In this document: piece after piece, positions 25,858-35,558 of the stretch
Position numbering within the stretch: the stretch's first letter is position 1
Layout of the letters: each line of letters opens with the position of its first letter
Virus record (IMG/VR): IMGVR_UViG_3300050021_000500
Location: 1 to 64,000 of that record
Reading direction: 5' to 3' (one strand)
Length of the DNA: 64,000 nucleotides
Origin: a virus
The notes under the pieces: generated by a model
Database searches by the model: none
Seen by the model: the letters and a program-made list of their open reading frames with translations, nothing else
Told to the model about the DNA's origin: nothing
Program-made: the position numbers and the translations under genes

Positions 25858-26197
25858 CGGATTCTCCTCGGGCTTTTGCCATCGCCGGTGCGAAAGCAAA
25901 TACGTGATGGGTCTTGCCCTCTTCGTCAATGACGGGTTGAGGGTTGAGCCGAAAGAGGCCGCCTCCGGCATAGTTGCAGGGGCCGGTGCCTTCTCCGAAC
26001 GCCTGACGGCCGCCGGTCCACCGCCCGACGCATGAGAAGGCAGCTTCTCCTTCGGTGGCACCAGCGGCTTTCCAGTCGGACACCGAAGCAACGTGGTGGC
26101 AGACCGGACAGGCGAAGCGCCAGTTCAGCGGATCTGGGCCGAAGCGCCTTATGGCTTCGGTCCGCCATTCGACTACGGTCATCGGATCAAGCGGCAT
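25847..26197 (-). CDS. VVA0879-family-like phage protein
   Basis: WRFACPVC...FSCVGR...CNYAGGGLF. Confidence 0.7.
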   Translation of the reverse strand: MPLDPMTVVEWRTEAIRRFGPDPLNWRFACPVCHHVASVSDWKAAGATEGEAAFSCVGRWTGGRQAFGEGTGPCNYAGGGLFRLNPQPVIDEEGKTHHVFAFAPAMAKARGESDAR

Positions 26198-26552
26198 CGG
26201 ATTCTCCTCGTGCTTTCTTCGCGGCGGCCCGCAGCATGTCCCAGTCCGGAGGGGCACCATCGCCATCCACCATGTTGAGCGCAGCCATGACGGCGGCGTA
26301 CAGATCCTGAGCCGCAACAATGAGGTGGGCGTCAGCCGGGTTGACGATGCCGCCTTCCGGGTAGTTGTAGTCCCGGTCGCAGGAGACTTCCACTACGTCA
26401 ATTTCATCGGTCTCGCCATGAGTTCCGCTCGGGTAGGAGTATGGTATCTTGCCACCCGCCGCTATCCCGTAGTGAGTCGGCGCATCGAGCGCATCCCGAT
26501 GCTCGGTGATGCGCCACGGTCCAGGTGTCCACTTCGGTGTCCTATTTGGCAT
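26187..26552 (-). CDS. Phage TPGPW-family hypothetical protein
   Basis: KWTPGPW...DAHLIVAA.DL.AA. Confidence 0.65.
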   Translation of the reverse strand: MPNRTPKWTPGPWRITEHRDALDAPTHYGIAAGGKIPYSYPSGTHGETDEIDVVEVSCDRDYNYPEGGIVNPADAHLIVAAQDLYAAVMAALNMVDGDGAPPDWDMLRAAAKKARGESDAA

Positions 26553-27192
26553 CAGTTTGTTCTCCTTGAATCGGTTCGTACCGGAACATGATGGTGTCGT
26601 AGGTGGCCTCAAGGTGAATTGGCTTTCCTGTCGTATTCAACCAGGAAGCGATTTTCAGATTGAGCATATTATCCGAATCGAGCAAGATGTTGATCTGCTT
26701 ATCGTAGGGCAACCTGGTTTTCGGCTCCTTCTCCACCACGGCATCCTGCAGGTAGAGCAGGCATCCGCTGGCGCAGTAGTCGCATTCTTGAGTACCCCCC
26801 ATGGAAGTCGTCTGGAATCCCATGAGCACGCCCGCGCCGCTTTCCAATGGCGTCGGCGGGTCACCCGGCAAGCTCTTGATCCAGGCCACCAGGTCACCCC
26901 GCAGCGCGAGGATGCGAACCCGATAGCCCGCCGGCGGGTAGAACGGGATTGGCAGCATGGCGGAGTCGGCATGGCCCCAGATGCAAGGGCCGACGCTGCA
27001 GGATACGTTCGCCATCCGGGTATCCACCGGGCCGTAGAGATCCCGCGGGAAGTTTCCCGATGCGGTGTGTGTGTCGGCTCCTTGCGCCGAAGCTACCCGG
27101 GCGAGTAGCGCAAAGCCGATCACCAGAACAAGCCCCGGCCATCCTCCAGCCAGTGCTTTCAATGTAAGACAGATTTCTCGCTTGAGCATCAC
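26542..27192 (-). CDS. Exported/membrane-anchored hypothetical protein
   Basis: Hydrophobic N-terminus ending ASA-Q; Cys pairs. Confidence 0.6.
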   Translation of the reverse strand: MMLKREICLTLKALAGGWPGLVLVIGFALLARVASAQGADTHTASGNFPRDLYGPVDTRMANVSCSVGPCIWGHADSAMLPIPFYPPAGYRVRILALRGDLVAWIKSLPGDPPTPLESGAGVLMGFQTTSMGGTQECDYCASGCLLYLQDAVVEKEPKTRLPYDKQINILLDSDNMLNLKIASWLNTTGKPIHLEATYDTIMFRYEPIQGEQTDAK

Positions 27193-27871
27193 CGGGGCTC
27201 CTCCAGGATCATGCGTTCTCCTTGGCGCATGCGCCGGCTCTCAGTTTTGAGCGCCTGCATTCGTTTGTACATCCGGTTCGGTTTTTTCCACTGCCGGCTG
27301 TCCTCCTCGGTAAACATCACGTCCAATTCGTCCCAGGCATCTACAAACGGCTTCCACCAGGGATACCTATCGCTGACGAGTGAGAGCTGGCTTCGCCACT
27401 CCGGGATCAGCACCAGGAGCGCGCGGCAGCGGCTGAAGTCGTCCGGGTCGTGCGGTATATCGGGATTCTGTATTCGGTGACCCACAAGAAGCGTGGCCCA
27501 TATCGTCTCGCTACTCACCCCCACATCTCCGCGCCTCTTCCACCACGCAGCTCGAATCTCGATGGATTTGGTGAGCGGCGGAGCGTCACCAAACGCGCCG
27601 CCAAAGCCGAGGCGACAAGCTCCGGCGCCGCACTTCGGACAATGAACCGCATTGACGGAAGCAATCCAGACCTCAATGGGCGATTCAGCCACCGTCTCCG
27701 CTTCGAAGACGCGCTTGCAAACCATGCAGGTCAAACGTTGAACTTGTATTTTCAATGGTTACCTCCCATTTACAAACCAGGTGACCAGCGCGAAGCCGAT
27801 CACCAGAACAAGCCCCGGCCATGCTCCGGCCAGAGCCTCCAATGTAAGGCGGATCTCTCGCTTGAGCATCA
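27107..27871. repeat. 85-bp direct repeat (27107-27191 and 27787-27871) flanking one gene
   Basis: Both copies encode MMLKREI.LTL.ALAG.WPGLVLVIGFAL. Confidence 0.9.
27189..27755 (-). CDS. Hypothetical protein with Zn ribbon
   Basis: CMVC..CPKC; GDVGVSSETI..PHDPDDF.RC..L. Confidence 0.65.
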   Translation of the reverse strand: MKIQVQRLTCMVCKRVFEAETVAESPIEVWIASVNAVHCPKCGAGACRLGFGGAFGDAPPLTKSIEIRAAWWKRRGDVGVSSETIWATLLVGHRIQNPDIPHDPDDFSRCRALLVLIPEWRSQLSLVSDRYPWWKPFVDAWDELDVMFTEEDSRQWKKPNRMYKRMQALKTESRRMRQGERMILEEPR

Positions 27872-27872
27872 T
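27759..27872 (-). CDS. 37-aa membrane peptide
   Basis: Manual translation; second repeat copy. Confidence 0.5.
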   Translation of the reverse strand: MMLKREIRLTLEALAGAWPGLVLVIGFALVTWFVNGR

Positions 27873-28084
27873 CGCGCCTCCTCGGACAATTGCGCCCGCC
27901 GCGCCTTGCGGCCCCGGTCAAATTCGCGCAGGCCAGTCGCCAGGATCGTCGCCTCGCGCGCCAGGGTCTCCAGCGCCCAGACGGCGAAACCGACGCAGCC
28001 CCGGAACCCGGCAGCGCGGGACAGGGTGATGGCGCGGGCGAGCGGGATGCAGCCGGCGAACAGGATGATGGTCAGGGTCGTCAT
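27869..28084 (-). CDS. Small hydrophobic protein
   Basis: Coupled ORF. Confidence 0.5.
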   Translation of the reverse strand: MTTLTIILFAGCIPLARAITLSRAAGFRGCVGFAVWALETLAREATILATGLREFDRGRKARRAQLSEEAR

Positions 28085-28284
28085 GCAGCACCTCGCAGGA
28101 ATTGGAGCGCGATCATGTAGGCTCCTTCGTATCCATCGCGCAGGTGTTTATACAGCGCGTTTTGCATGACCACGGGCAACCGCTCGTAACACTCCACGCA
28201 GAAGGCTTGTTTCTGGAATTTATGGGCGCCGCACTGGCAGACCTCGCCGCTCAATTCGCGCATGAGAACGCCGGCACGGGTCAT
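28081..28284 (-). CDS. Zn-finger mini-protein (paralog of 29092..29301)
   Basis: REL.GEVCQCG..K...Q.FC..CYERLP. Confidence 0.7.
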   Translation of the reverse strand: MTRAGVLMRELSGEVCQCGAHKFQKQAFCVECYERLPVVMQNALYKHLRDGYEGAYMIALQFLRGAA

Positions 28285-28670
28285 AATGCCTCCAAGGAAG
28301 TCCGCACGGAGTTCCGGCCGCGCCGAGTCTGGGCGTCGGACCATTCCGTGAATAACGCTTCGATGACGATGGCGAAATCGATGATGTACTTCGCCTGGAA
28401 CTTCGCAGGGCCAATCCGATGCAACTCCATGTGCTCGTCGTGTGTGAGAGGGATGCAGGTGAACCCACTGGACTTTTGCGAGAGTCCGTGGGGCCCGGTG
28501 TGCGCAGCTTCGATGTAGCGGGTCGATCCGGACACGACCGAAGCCTGCTGGCGGATCCAGGCGCGGTAGCCTTCGGCCCGATCCGGCCCCCGGCGGGGCT
28601 TGCGGCGCCGGCGAGGGTTGAGCGTCTTGCTGCCGAAAATGGTATAGGAGAGCCAGCGTCCGAGGTTCAT
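28281..28670 (-). CDS. DUF968/HNH-like nuclease
   Basis: Y.AWIR.Q...EAAH...G...K....CIPL...H.E.H..G...F. Confidence 0.7.
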   Translation of the reverse strand: MNLGRWLSYTIFGSKTLNPRRRRKPRRGPDRAEGYRAWIRQQASVVSGSTRYIEAAHTGPHGLSQKSSGFTCIPLTHDEHMELHRIGPAKFQAKYIIDFAIVIEALFTEWSDAQTRRGRNSVRTSLEAL

Positions 28671-29095
28671 AGGGCACGCTCCCATTCCCAAAGTCCCAGC
28701 GCGCCCGTGGCGGGAATCGGCTCGGGCAGTTGCTCCACGTCTTCGAGAATCCATGCAAAACGACCTGGCGAATAGTCCCCGAAGGCGCGCTCTCTGGCAT
28801 CGAGTCGTTCTTCGAATGCGAGCGATGTCAGGGTACACGCGACAAGGCGGCATGTTGCCAAAATGCAGCCAAGAGGATAGGCGGCGTAAATCTTGCCGAT
28901 CGGCGTGGCGAAGATTCGCGCGGCATCGTAGCAAACTGGCTCCAAAGTAAACTCGCGCGCCCACCTTGGAAACCCCTTCGCCGCATGGATAGCCAGCGGA
29001 CCACGGTAGGATGTGCGCCATGAGCGTGTCTCAATCTTCTTGGCCGAAATCGCGATCAAGGTCGCGTAGGGCTGGGTGAGGGTAAGGGCCTTCAT
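28667..29095 (-). CDS. ASCH domain protein
   Basis: MKALTLTQPYATLI..AKKIETRSW.T.YRGPLAIHA; G.LGLWEW. Confidence 0.9.
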   Translation of the reverse strand: MKALTLTQPYATLIAISAKKIETRSWRTSYRGPLAIHAAKGFPRWAREFTLEPVCYDAARIFATPIGKIYAAYPLGCILATCRLVACTLTSLAFEERLDARERAFGDYSPGRFAWILEDVEQLPEPIPATGALGLWEWERAL

Positions 29096-29301
29096 ACCGG
29101 CCTCCGTAGAAACTGGAGCGCCGCGGTGTAGGCTTGCTCGTAGCCATCCCCGAGGTGCTTCCATAGGGGTAGCTGCAGGGCGCGCGGCAGGCGTTCGTAG
29201 CACGTGCGGCAAAAAGTCTGACCCTTCGACTTTTCCCCGCCACATTGGCAAACTTCGCCGCGCAGTTCGCGCAGGATGGGGACGTTGATAGGGCTGCTCA
29301 T
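29092..29301 (-). CDS. Zn-finger mini-protein (paralog of 28081..28284)
   Basis: Same motif plus KHL.DGYE.AY..ALQFLR. Confidence 0.7.
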   Translation of the reverse strand: MSSPINVPILRELRGEVCQCGGEKSKGQTFCRTCYERLPRALQLPLWKHLGDGYEQAYTAALQFLRRPV

Positions 29302-30086
29302 TCTGCAACCTTCCCGCCGAATTCCTGAGTGCACGCGCGCCAGAACGCGCAGTACTTGCGAGAGCACAAATTAGAATTACGGTTTGGCAGAAACATGCCC
29401 GCGCGGATTGCCTGCTGCACGAGGGGGTACATCTTAGTCGTCTGGTCCACGTCGGCCTGGGACACCGTGAAGTCCTGGGATATCAGGGCCGGCACTTTGG
29501 TCTTGGTCAGCGTATCGACCTGCACTTTGCCGCTGGCACCCGGCGTGATCTGCACATATGTCGACGTCTGAAACCGATAGTCCGGGCTGATCTCGGACGG
29601 CTTGCGCGCGGCCGTTTTGAAGTCCCGGATGCGCCCGTTGACCTCCAACAGATCCACATAACCCTGCACCAGCACGCCGCCGATGCGACCGGACACGGGG
29701 AGTTCGACCGCCGCCGGCTCGATCTCCGGGCAGGTTTCATCCAGGTACTTCAGCACAAGTGCTTCGCCTTGCGCTTTGAGATCCGCGGGGATTTCATCGT
29801 CACGGAATTCGGCCTCGGCCGATTTTTCCGCCCACGCCTGGCGATAGATTGCAATTACGCCAGTGGCCGGCAGGTCCCGCTTGGTTTCGATCTTCTGTTC
29901 CAGGTTGGCACCGATTGCGGCGTGGACGGCCGATCCCAGCGTCAGCGCTCCCGTGGGCGGATCCGGTAACTTCGCAATTTTCCGGAAGTACCACTTGGCG
30001 CCGCAACCCAAAAATTGATTAGCGCTGCTGGGGGACAGGATGTCCCCCGGAGCGTCGTAGAGAATCGCCGTGCGGGCGGCGCTCAC
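29298..30086 (-). CDS. Cas4/RecB-like PD-(D/E)XK exonuclease
   Basis: LSPSS...C; GSAVH; GYVDL; DFKT; Q...Y; terminal C....C.....C. Confidence 0.85.
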   Translation of the reverse strand: MSAARTAILYDAPGDILSPSSANQFLGCGAKWYFRKIAKLPDPPTGALTLGSAVHAAIGANLEQKIETKRDLPATGVIAIYRQAWAEKSAEAEFRDDEIPADLKAQGEALVLKYLDETCPEIEPAAVELPVSGRIGGVLVQGYVDLLEVNGRIRDFKTAARKPSEISPDYRFQTSTYVQITPGASGKVQVDTLTKTKVPALISQDFTVSQADVDQTTKMYPLVQQAIRAGMFLPNRNSNLCSRKYCAFWRACTQEFGGKVAE

Positions 30087-30811
30087 CTCGCACCGCCGCG
30101 CTGCCAGCAGGACAGAAAACCGTCGCGGGCCGCCTGAATCAACAGGGTAGAGACGGCGTCCTGCTTGGCCGCATCGCTCCATTGCTCGCCGGCCGCCTTC
30201 AGCGCGTCGACCACAACCTGGAGCAACTCGCGGAAGGCCACGTCGTAGGGAATCTTCACCGGCGGTGCCGGGATGCCTGCGGTGAGGTACGGCTTGGGAG
30301 CGCCGTTGCTGCCGTTGGGTGGCGGCGCGCCGTTGCCGTTACCGTTTGTGGATTTGATACCATCGCCGTATGCGTTGTTGTTAGGAGCGGCACGCACGAT
30401 AGCCGCTTCGACCGGGGCGGGCGCTGATACGCTCGCTCCGGCCCTTGCCTTACGCGCCAGTATCCCCGCGCGGACTTCGGCTTCGATGTCGCTTTCCGGG
30501 ATGCCGGCCAGTGCGGCGGGAGAAGGCGCGGTAGCGGTGTTGACCTCGCCAGTCTGCGGTCTCCAGATATCCCATTGCACGGGATCACCCTTTTTGCCAG
30601 TCCAGCGCTTGCAGATTGCGATGGTTTCATTTCTGTGCGGCTCCAATAGATTCAACTTGGCCGACACATCCAGGTTGAGGTACATGCAGCGACCATCTGC
30701 CAGCGAGTAAAACATCTGATCGCCAAAACGACCGGTCTGGTCGAGCTTGCCTTCGGGGAATTTGAGGGCAATAGTTTCGATCACGTTGGGCTGAAATAAC
30801 ACCTTATTCAT
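30083..30811 (-). CDS. Hypothetical protein (possible ssDNA-binding/recombination partner of the nuclease)
   Basis: Adjacent to exonuclease; beta-rich N-terminus, low-complexity linker. Confidence 0.55.
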   Translation of the reverse strand: MNKVLFQPNVIETIALKFPEGKLDQTGRFGDQMFYSLADGRCMYLNLDVSAKLNLLEPHRNETIAICKRWTGKKGDPVQWDIWRPQTGEVNTATAPSPAALAGIPESDIEAEVRAGILARKARAGASVSAPAPVEAAIVRAAPNNNAYGDGIKSTNGNGNGAPPPNGSNGAPKPYLTAGIPAPPVKIPYDVAFRELLQVVVDALKAAGEQWSDAAKQDAVSTLLIQAARDGFLSCWQRGGAR

Positions 30812-30946
30812 ACGTTCCTTTCTGGCGGTTTAGAGCCCGCCACGGCTTTGTAAAATCTGTAGGCGAAAACGGGGCGCCGCGAACGGGGCCGCAGGGGCGC
30901 CGCAGTGCGATGGGGGAAGGAACCCGCGGCCTGACATTCACCCCTC

Positions 30947-31129
30947 CTATACCTTCGTTTTGTAAATCCAAACTTTTTCGTGCTTCCGTCCCGGTTTCCC
31001 CAGGAGTCCTCTACGCTGTGCCTCCAGGGCCACGGGGCAAATCCACTCCTTCCCCTCACCCGGCTTGGTGCCGACCGGCCGCAACAGGGTGTTGCAGACC
31101 GGGCAGCGGGGCTGAGGGGGTTCCGGCAT
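30947..31129 (-). CDS. Small Zn-ribbon protein
   Basis: CPVC...WICP. Confidence 0.5.
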   Translation of the reverse strand: MPEPPQPRCPVCNTLLRPVGTKPGEGKEWICPVALEAQRRGLLGKPGRKHEKVWIYKTKV

Positions 31130-31389
31130 TTACGCTTCCATCCTTCGTTTGTCGTGCGTGCTGTAGCCGCGCTCGTTGCACGGGGTCACCGACAGGATGG
31201 CCGCCGGCATGATCCGTTCTTCTTCGTCGTTAAGGTATGCTGCGTGTTCTCACGGGAGAAGCCATTGGCCTGCAACCGCTTGACAGTCTCGTCAAGAGAA
31301 GCAACCACCTCCATGACGTACGAATCGAAGACGGGGGCCGCGTCGCCCCTCCGACGCAAGTATTGGATTCTCACAAACTGTGGCATGGC

Positions 31390-31734
31390 CTACGCTTCCA
31401 TCCTGCGTTTGAGATTTTGCAAAGTCGCCTTTGCAGCTTTTACGTGGTGCAGGTTGATCTGGTCGTCGCTGGGCAGCGAGTAGCGGTCCACCACCTCCAG
31501 TTCCGCAATCGCGTCTGAGAGCCCTTCCATGTGCAACTTCGCTTCGCGGTCCTGGTCCGCCGCCCAGCTCAATTCGTCGGGCTCGTAATCGTCGGCGCTG
31601 TCGTTGATGGTCTTCACCGCGGAGCGCATCTCCTGGTACAGCGCTGGCACGAAGCGGTCCAGGTCGAGGTGCTCCTCTCTGAGCGATTCCACCACCTGGG
31701 CGGCCATGGTCGAATAGAACTTGTCGAGTCGCAT
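31390..31734 (-). CDS. Hypothetical protein
   Basis: GAGG RBS; operon context. Confidence 0.55.
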   Translation of the reverse strand: MRLDKFYSTMAAQVVESLREEHLDLDRFVPALYQEMRSAVKTINDSADDYEPDELSWAADQDREAKLHMEGLSDAIAELEVVDRYSLPSDDQINLHHVKAAKATLQNLKRRMEA

Positions 31735-31755
31735 AACGATATTCCCTCGCAGCAT

Positions 31756-32229
31756 CTACGCCACCTCACTTTGCCGCCGTCTAAGATCTCTGTTGTCCGC
31801 TTCCAGTTTGTTGACTTGAAGTACGAGACTGCGGACCTGATCCTCCAAGTCCATAATTCGCTCGCTTTTCAGCAATTCGGCGTGCGCATCTACGATCTTC
31901 TTTCGCAATTCGATACAGCCTGTTTCGAACAGCGCACCATGAATGACTGGGTGCTCCTTTCCCCTGCCCGTATACCAGCGTTCATCGCACGACAGGTAGC
32001 CGCGCATCATCTCGTCGTTACCGGCCAGTAGAGCTTCAACCGCATTCGTGGCCATGCGCTCGACGTGAGAAGCGAGATTATACGCCAGCGAGCCTTTGAT
32101 GCCGTATTCGATGGATTCGGTAAGGGTATCCGCGATGCTTCGGGCCTGCTTATTGGCCGCCGCGAGCGCTTCATCCGAGAATCCGGCCTGTAGGACCTCT
32201 TCGAGTTTCGATCTGAGTAGTTTCATCAT
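31756..32229 (-). CDS. Hypothetical coiled-coil protein
   Basis: Operon context. Confidence 0.6.
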   Translation of the reverse strand: MMKLLRSKLEEVLQAGFSDEALAAANKQARSIADTLTESIEYGIKGSLAYNLASHVERMATNAVEALLAGNDEMMRGYLSCDERWYTGRGKEHPVIHGALFETGCIELRKKIVDAHAELLKSERIMDLEDQVRSLVLQVNKLEADNRDLRRRQSEVA

Positions 32230-32240
32230 CGTCCCTTCTT

Positions 32241-32447
32241 TTAAAATGGGCATTCTTGAGCCACAACGGGCTCGTACTGTTCGTAGCGCTCTGCCGGCGT
32301 CACCGCGCGAAGGGCTACATTCCACCAACTCTCAGGGTCGTGCAACTCGCAGCCGCGGGCGTCGAACAGATCGACGTCCGTCTGCGTGCAGGTGCATCGC
32401 GGCTCCTGGTCTTCCATCTCGATGAGGCGGCGGCCCAAGCGGTTCAC
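32241..32447 (-). CDS. Small Cys-containing protein
   Basis: CTC...C.LH. Confidence 0.5.
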   Translation of the reverse strand: MNRLGRRLIEMEDQEPRCTCTQTDVDLFDARGCELHDPESWWNVALRAVTPAERYEQYEPVVAQECPF

Positions 32448-32728
32448 CTTGCCTCCTCGAGGCGGATCATCAAATCCGCCACTGCGGAAGCCTTCGTCGG
32501 GCCGTATCCGTACGGCCCATATTCTTCGTGGCCGTCAATCACCGCCGCCCAATCGAACTGGCATGTGGGGATAGGCGGACGTACGTAGTCCACGGAGATC
32601 AGCAGATTACCTTCGCCGTTACAGGCGCGGCACTTCGGATCGGCCTCCAGGCGCGTCTGCGTATTCGGGCTGGGCCGGATACCTTGCGGCTGTTCGCTCA
32701 GGCAGATGCAGCGTTCGCTGATTGTCAT
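32444..32728 (-). CDS. Hypothetical protein with CxxCxGxG
   Basis: CRACNGEG; PPIP..FDW.A...G.G.T...A. Confidence 0.55.
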   Translation of the reverse strand: MTISERCICLSEQPQGIRPSPNTQTRLEADPKCRACNGEGNLLISVDYVRPPIPTCQFDWAAVIDGHEEYGPYGYGPTKASAVADLMIRLEEAR

Positions 32729-32949
32729 AAACTCCTCCGTCCTTTCCGTGCTTGCCGCTTCTCCTTGCGCTGTTCCTCGATCACCCGCTTCACGGCCAGC
32801 CAGAGGCAGGCGTCGTAGCTGATGGTGTAGCGCTGCCGGGTGCCCTTCGGCCGCACCTCGAGGTGTCTCGGGTGCAGGGTGACAATCAGAGGCTTGCCGC
32901 GGTCCATGCAGGTTGATTCGCGGGTCACTGGTTTGGTGAGTAGGGTCAT
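32725..32949 (-). CDS. Hypothetical protein
   Basis: LIVTL.P..LEVRPKGTR..Y. Confidence 0.6.
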   Translation of the reverse strand: MTLLTKPVTRESTCMDRGKPLIVTLHPRHLEVRPKGTRQRYTISYDACLWLAVKRVIEEQRKEKRQARKGRRSL

Positions 32950-33218
32950 GGGCGCCCGTCCGTTTCGTCGATCGCCTTGCGGAGATCTGTCCAGCCATCC
33001 GGTAGCCCGAGCGACTCCGATACTTCCTCCGGAGCCTGCATAAGCCGATTGTGCAGGTCATCCAGCCGGCGCGTGTCCTCATTGCCTGCATCGCGGGCGC
33101 GCTCGTAGCGGATTACAAGCCCTTCCATGAAAGGAGCCAGGTCCCCCTGGCTCGGCTTCCAACCACGATCTAAAGCGAAACCCAACATACGTTGAGCAAA
33201 TACATCATTCTTTGTCAT
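32946..33218 (-). CDS. Hypothetical protein
   Basis: Coupled ORF. Confidence 0.5.
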   Translation of the reverse strand: MTKNDVFAQRMLGFALDRGWKPSQGDLAPFMEGLVIRYERARDAGNEDTRRLDDLHNRLMQAPEEVSESLGLPDGWTDLRKAIDETDGRP

Positions 33219-33333
33219 GGCCGCACCGCCGATCCGCTCCACGGCAAGGGCGTGCCGCACAACCAAGCGAAAACGAACGCCAACAGAATGCCCAGCAGAA
33301 TCCCTACAATTGCGGAGCTCGCTCTATTCAGCA

Positions 33334-33702
33334 TCACGCCACCTCTTGCATAAATGCCGCTGCTTCTTCCAGCGTGCAGCCGGCCTCGGCCAGCATGACA
33401 TACCGCCGGATGACCGGTTCCGGCGCCATCTCGATCCCGGCGGCGCAGATTGCGCAGCACTTCAACGGACGGTCGGCGCCATCGGGGATCAGGATCAGGT
33501 GCGCCAGGCAGAAGCGGTGGCCGCATCCATCGCAGTGGAAGCCGAAGTGTTCCAAGCAGACGGACAAGCAGAGCCAGGTGTCGCAACTCGGATCGGCGCA
33601 CTTTACGGAGGGGATGGACGCGCGGCCGTCTTCGTCGCGGTCCAGGTGGTGGAAGGTGGTTTGGCAGGTATTGCAGGTTTCGGTAGTGGCGGCGTACTGC
33701 AT
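33334..33702 (-). CDS. Cys/His-rich multi-zinc-finger protein, first gene of leftward early operon
   Basis: Multiple CxxC/CxxH pairs; GGAGG RBS. Confidence 0.65.
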   Translation of the reverse strand: MQYAATTETCNTCQTTFHHLDRDEDGRASIPSVKCADPSCDTWLCLSVCLEHFGFHCDGCGHRFCLAHLILIPDGADRPLKCCAICAAGIEMAPEPVIRRYVMLAEAGCTLEEAAAFMQEVA

Positions 33703-33805
33703 ATAGGAACCTCCGTTCCCGGGTCACAACTCTCTTCTTTCCCTGCGAGGAAGCCCCCGCGGGGGGTAGGGTTGGCAGGTGCGTCTCGTACACCCGTCCA
33801 ACCCT

Positions 33806-33895
33806 AAAAACATATTATCATTGTCAATATGTTGTGTCAAGGGAAATCTACTGGCTTTCTCAATATATTTTATGGTAGAGTGAATATGTTACGAT
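33806..33895. promoter_or_regulatory. Divergent promoter/operator region
   Basis: AT-rich; leftward TTGACA-N17-TAATAT; dyad AACATATT-N9-AATATGTT and a second similar site. Confidence 0.7.
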
Positions 33896-33902
33896 TGCGA
33901 AC

Positions 33903-34079
33903 ATGCCGATAGACCCAAAAATGGTTTGCGACTGCCTACGATGCGGACACGGCTGGATCAAGCGGATAAAGCGTAGGCCGTTCAGTTGTCCGAAGTGCAA
34001 GCAGCCGAAGTGGGACACCCCATCGCCTGGCGTTGGGCGCCCTAAGGCGGCGAAAGCGAAGGCAAAGGCGGGCAGGTAA
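33903..34079 (+). CDS. 58-aa zinc-finger + AT-hook DNA-binding protein (Cro position)
   Basis: CLRCGHGW......P..CPKCKQPKWD...GRPK (manual translation). Confidence 0.7.
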   Translation: MPIDPKMVCDCLRCGHGWIKRIKRRPFSCPKCKQPKWDTPSPGVGRPKAAKAKAKAGR

Positions 34080-34144
34080 AAGCCGGGTCGGGGAAAGGGT
34101 AGACTCCTTCCCCACGGCCCTAAATCAAACACGAGGAGACTCTC

Positions 34145-34765
34145 ATGGATGATCTGAAAACGACGGTAGCACGAAACGAAACGCCAGGCCGGCAGGAATT
34201 GGCCAAGGCAACCGTGACCGACGCCATCAAAAAAGACCTGCGGGATAATCCCCCTGGCCGCCTCTACGATCCCGGCGCCCGCGCTTTCAACCTGATGCAG
34301 GAATTGGACCCCTCAACTCAGGCACACGTACTTTTGGGAGTGATCGCCGGCATGTACCAACAGCAGGGGGATCAGGTCGTCAGGAAGAAGATGGAGTCCG
34401 AACCCCGGCAGGGATGGCTGGCCATGTCGGAGTACGCGCACGTTCCGCAGGTGCTCAAGGTTAAGGCTGGGTTCGTGTCCACGGATGATGCCTCGCCGGA
34501 ACAATACACCGAATCTCTGGAAGGGGCGGAAGCGCGGCTTCGGGCGTGGCTGCTACCGCGAGTTTCGGCGGACAACCTGCGGCTCCAAAGGCAGAAGATC
34601 CGCGAGATGAAGAAGGCCCGGCGCGGCGCGGCACTTCAGTACGCTGGCGCGCCGGAAATGAGCATCGGGCAGGCCATGGCGCTGCACTTGGCGAACTTGG
34701 AAAGCCCGAGAGCCAAGCACTACCGTGCAATCGCCTCGAAGGGCGGAAAGGCGAAAAACCGGTGA
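34145..34765 (+). CDS. Hypothetical protein
   Basis: GAGGAG RBS; 206 aa. Confidence 0.6.
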   Translation: MDDLKTTVARNETPGRQELAKATVTDAIKKDLRDNPPGRLYDPGARAFNLMQELDPSTQAHVLLGVIAGMYQQQGDQVVRKKMESEPRQGWLAMSEYAHVPQVLKVKAGFVSTDDASPEQYTESLEGAEARLRAWLLPRVSADNLRLQRQKIREMKKARRGAALQYAGAPEMSIGQAMALHLANLESPRAKHYRAIASKGGKAKNR

Positions 34766-34923
34766 ACGAAGAATCAACAACTTACTGGCACTACACGATG
34801 TGGCTGCGCAACCACGAAACGGGACCGTGGGGCCAAACGAATAATCAAGAAGATCCCGGAACAGAAAAAGCCCGCATTGTGTTGCGGGGCTGACACACCT
34901 CAGGAAAAAGTAGAAGGAGAACA

Positions 34924-35319
34924 ATGCGAACACGAAACGTCCTCGCCGCCTTAATGGGGCTGATACTCACGGCTGTCATTGCCACCGCTCAGATCCAAGC
35001 CAGTCCGGCGCCGGTGGCACCGAAGCACCATCACAAGGCGCTCGGCACATTGCTATTTGTCGGCGGCGTCGGCTTGGTGGCTCTGGGCGCTATCGCTTTA
35101 TCGCGGCCCTGCCCCGCTGTGGACCGCTCTCAGCAAATATCCCTGCAAACCGGGAGCCTGGCAGGCGCGGGCTCCTGTGGATCCTCGTGGTTTCAGAAGG
35201 ACAAAACGGCCATCGGCGCTTCGGGAATCGGGGCTGGAGCGGTCTTGGTGGTGGCCGGCATCGCCGTCATGCGTAAATCGGAGAAACCCGAAGTCTCTAC
35301 GGCAGGTGTAATCAAATAG
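34924..35319 (+). CDS. Signal-peptide, two-TM membrane protein (possible superinfection exclusion)
   Basis: Three hydrophobic segments. Confidence 0.6.
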   Translation: MRTRNVLAALMGLILTAVIATAQIQASPAPVAPKHHHKALGTLLFVGGVGLVALGAIALSRPCPAVDRSQQISLQTGSLAGAGSCGSSWFQKDKTAIGASGIGAGAVLVVAGIAVMRKSEKPEVSTAGVIK

Positions 35320-35322
35320 GCG

Positions 35323-35505
35323 GTGATCATGAGTTGGGAAGCATGGGGCAGCGATGAATCGGTCGATATCGACCAACTCTACAACCGGGGTTGGGAGTCG
35401 GATTCGGACTGCGACAAATGGTGGAAGGCTGGAGAGCCAGAGACTGTATACACGATGGCTGAAGCTATCCAAGCCTACGAGGATTGGCTCTATGCCGAAG
35501 ACTGA
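35323..35505 (+). CDS. Small acidic Trp-rich protein
   Basis: 60 aa, very acidic. Confidence 0.5.
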   Translation: MIMSWEAWGSDESVDIDQLYNRGWESDSDCDKWWKAGEPETVYTMAEAIQAYEDWLYAED

Positions 35506-35558
35506 GCGGCGGCGAATTCCGTGGACTCAACCACAGCGTGTGGCGGCGGTTTAAAGCT

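Noticed and set aside
27107-27871. 85-bp near-identical repeat as a DGR template/variable pair
   Set aside because: No reverse transcriptase in the window, mismatches are not confined to adenines, and the repeats are at gene starts rather than C-termini.
29298-30086. Cas4 as evidence of a CRISPR system
   Set aside because: Solo Cas4-like nucleases are common phage recombination exonucleases; no array or cas1/cas2 is present.
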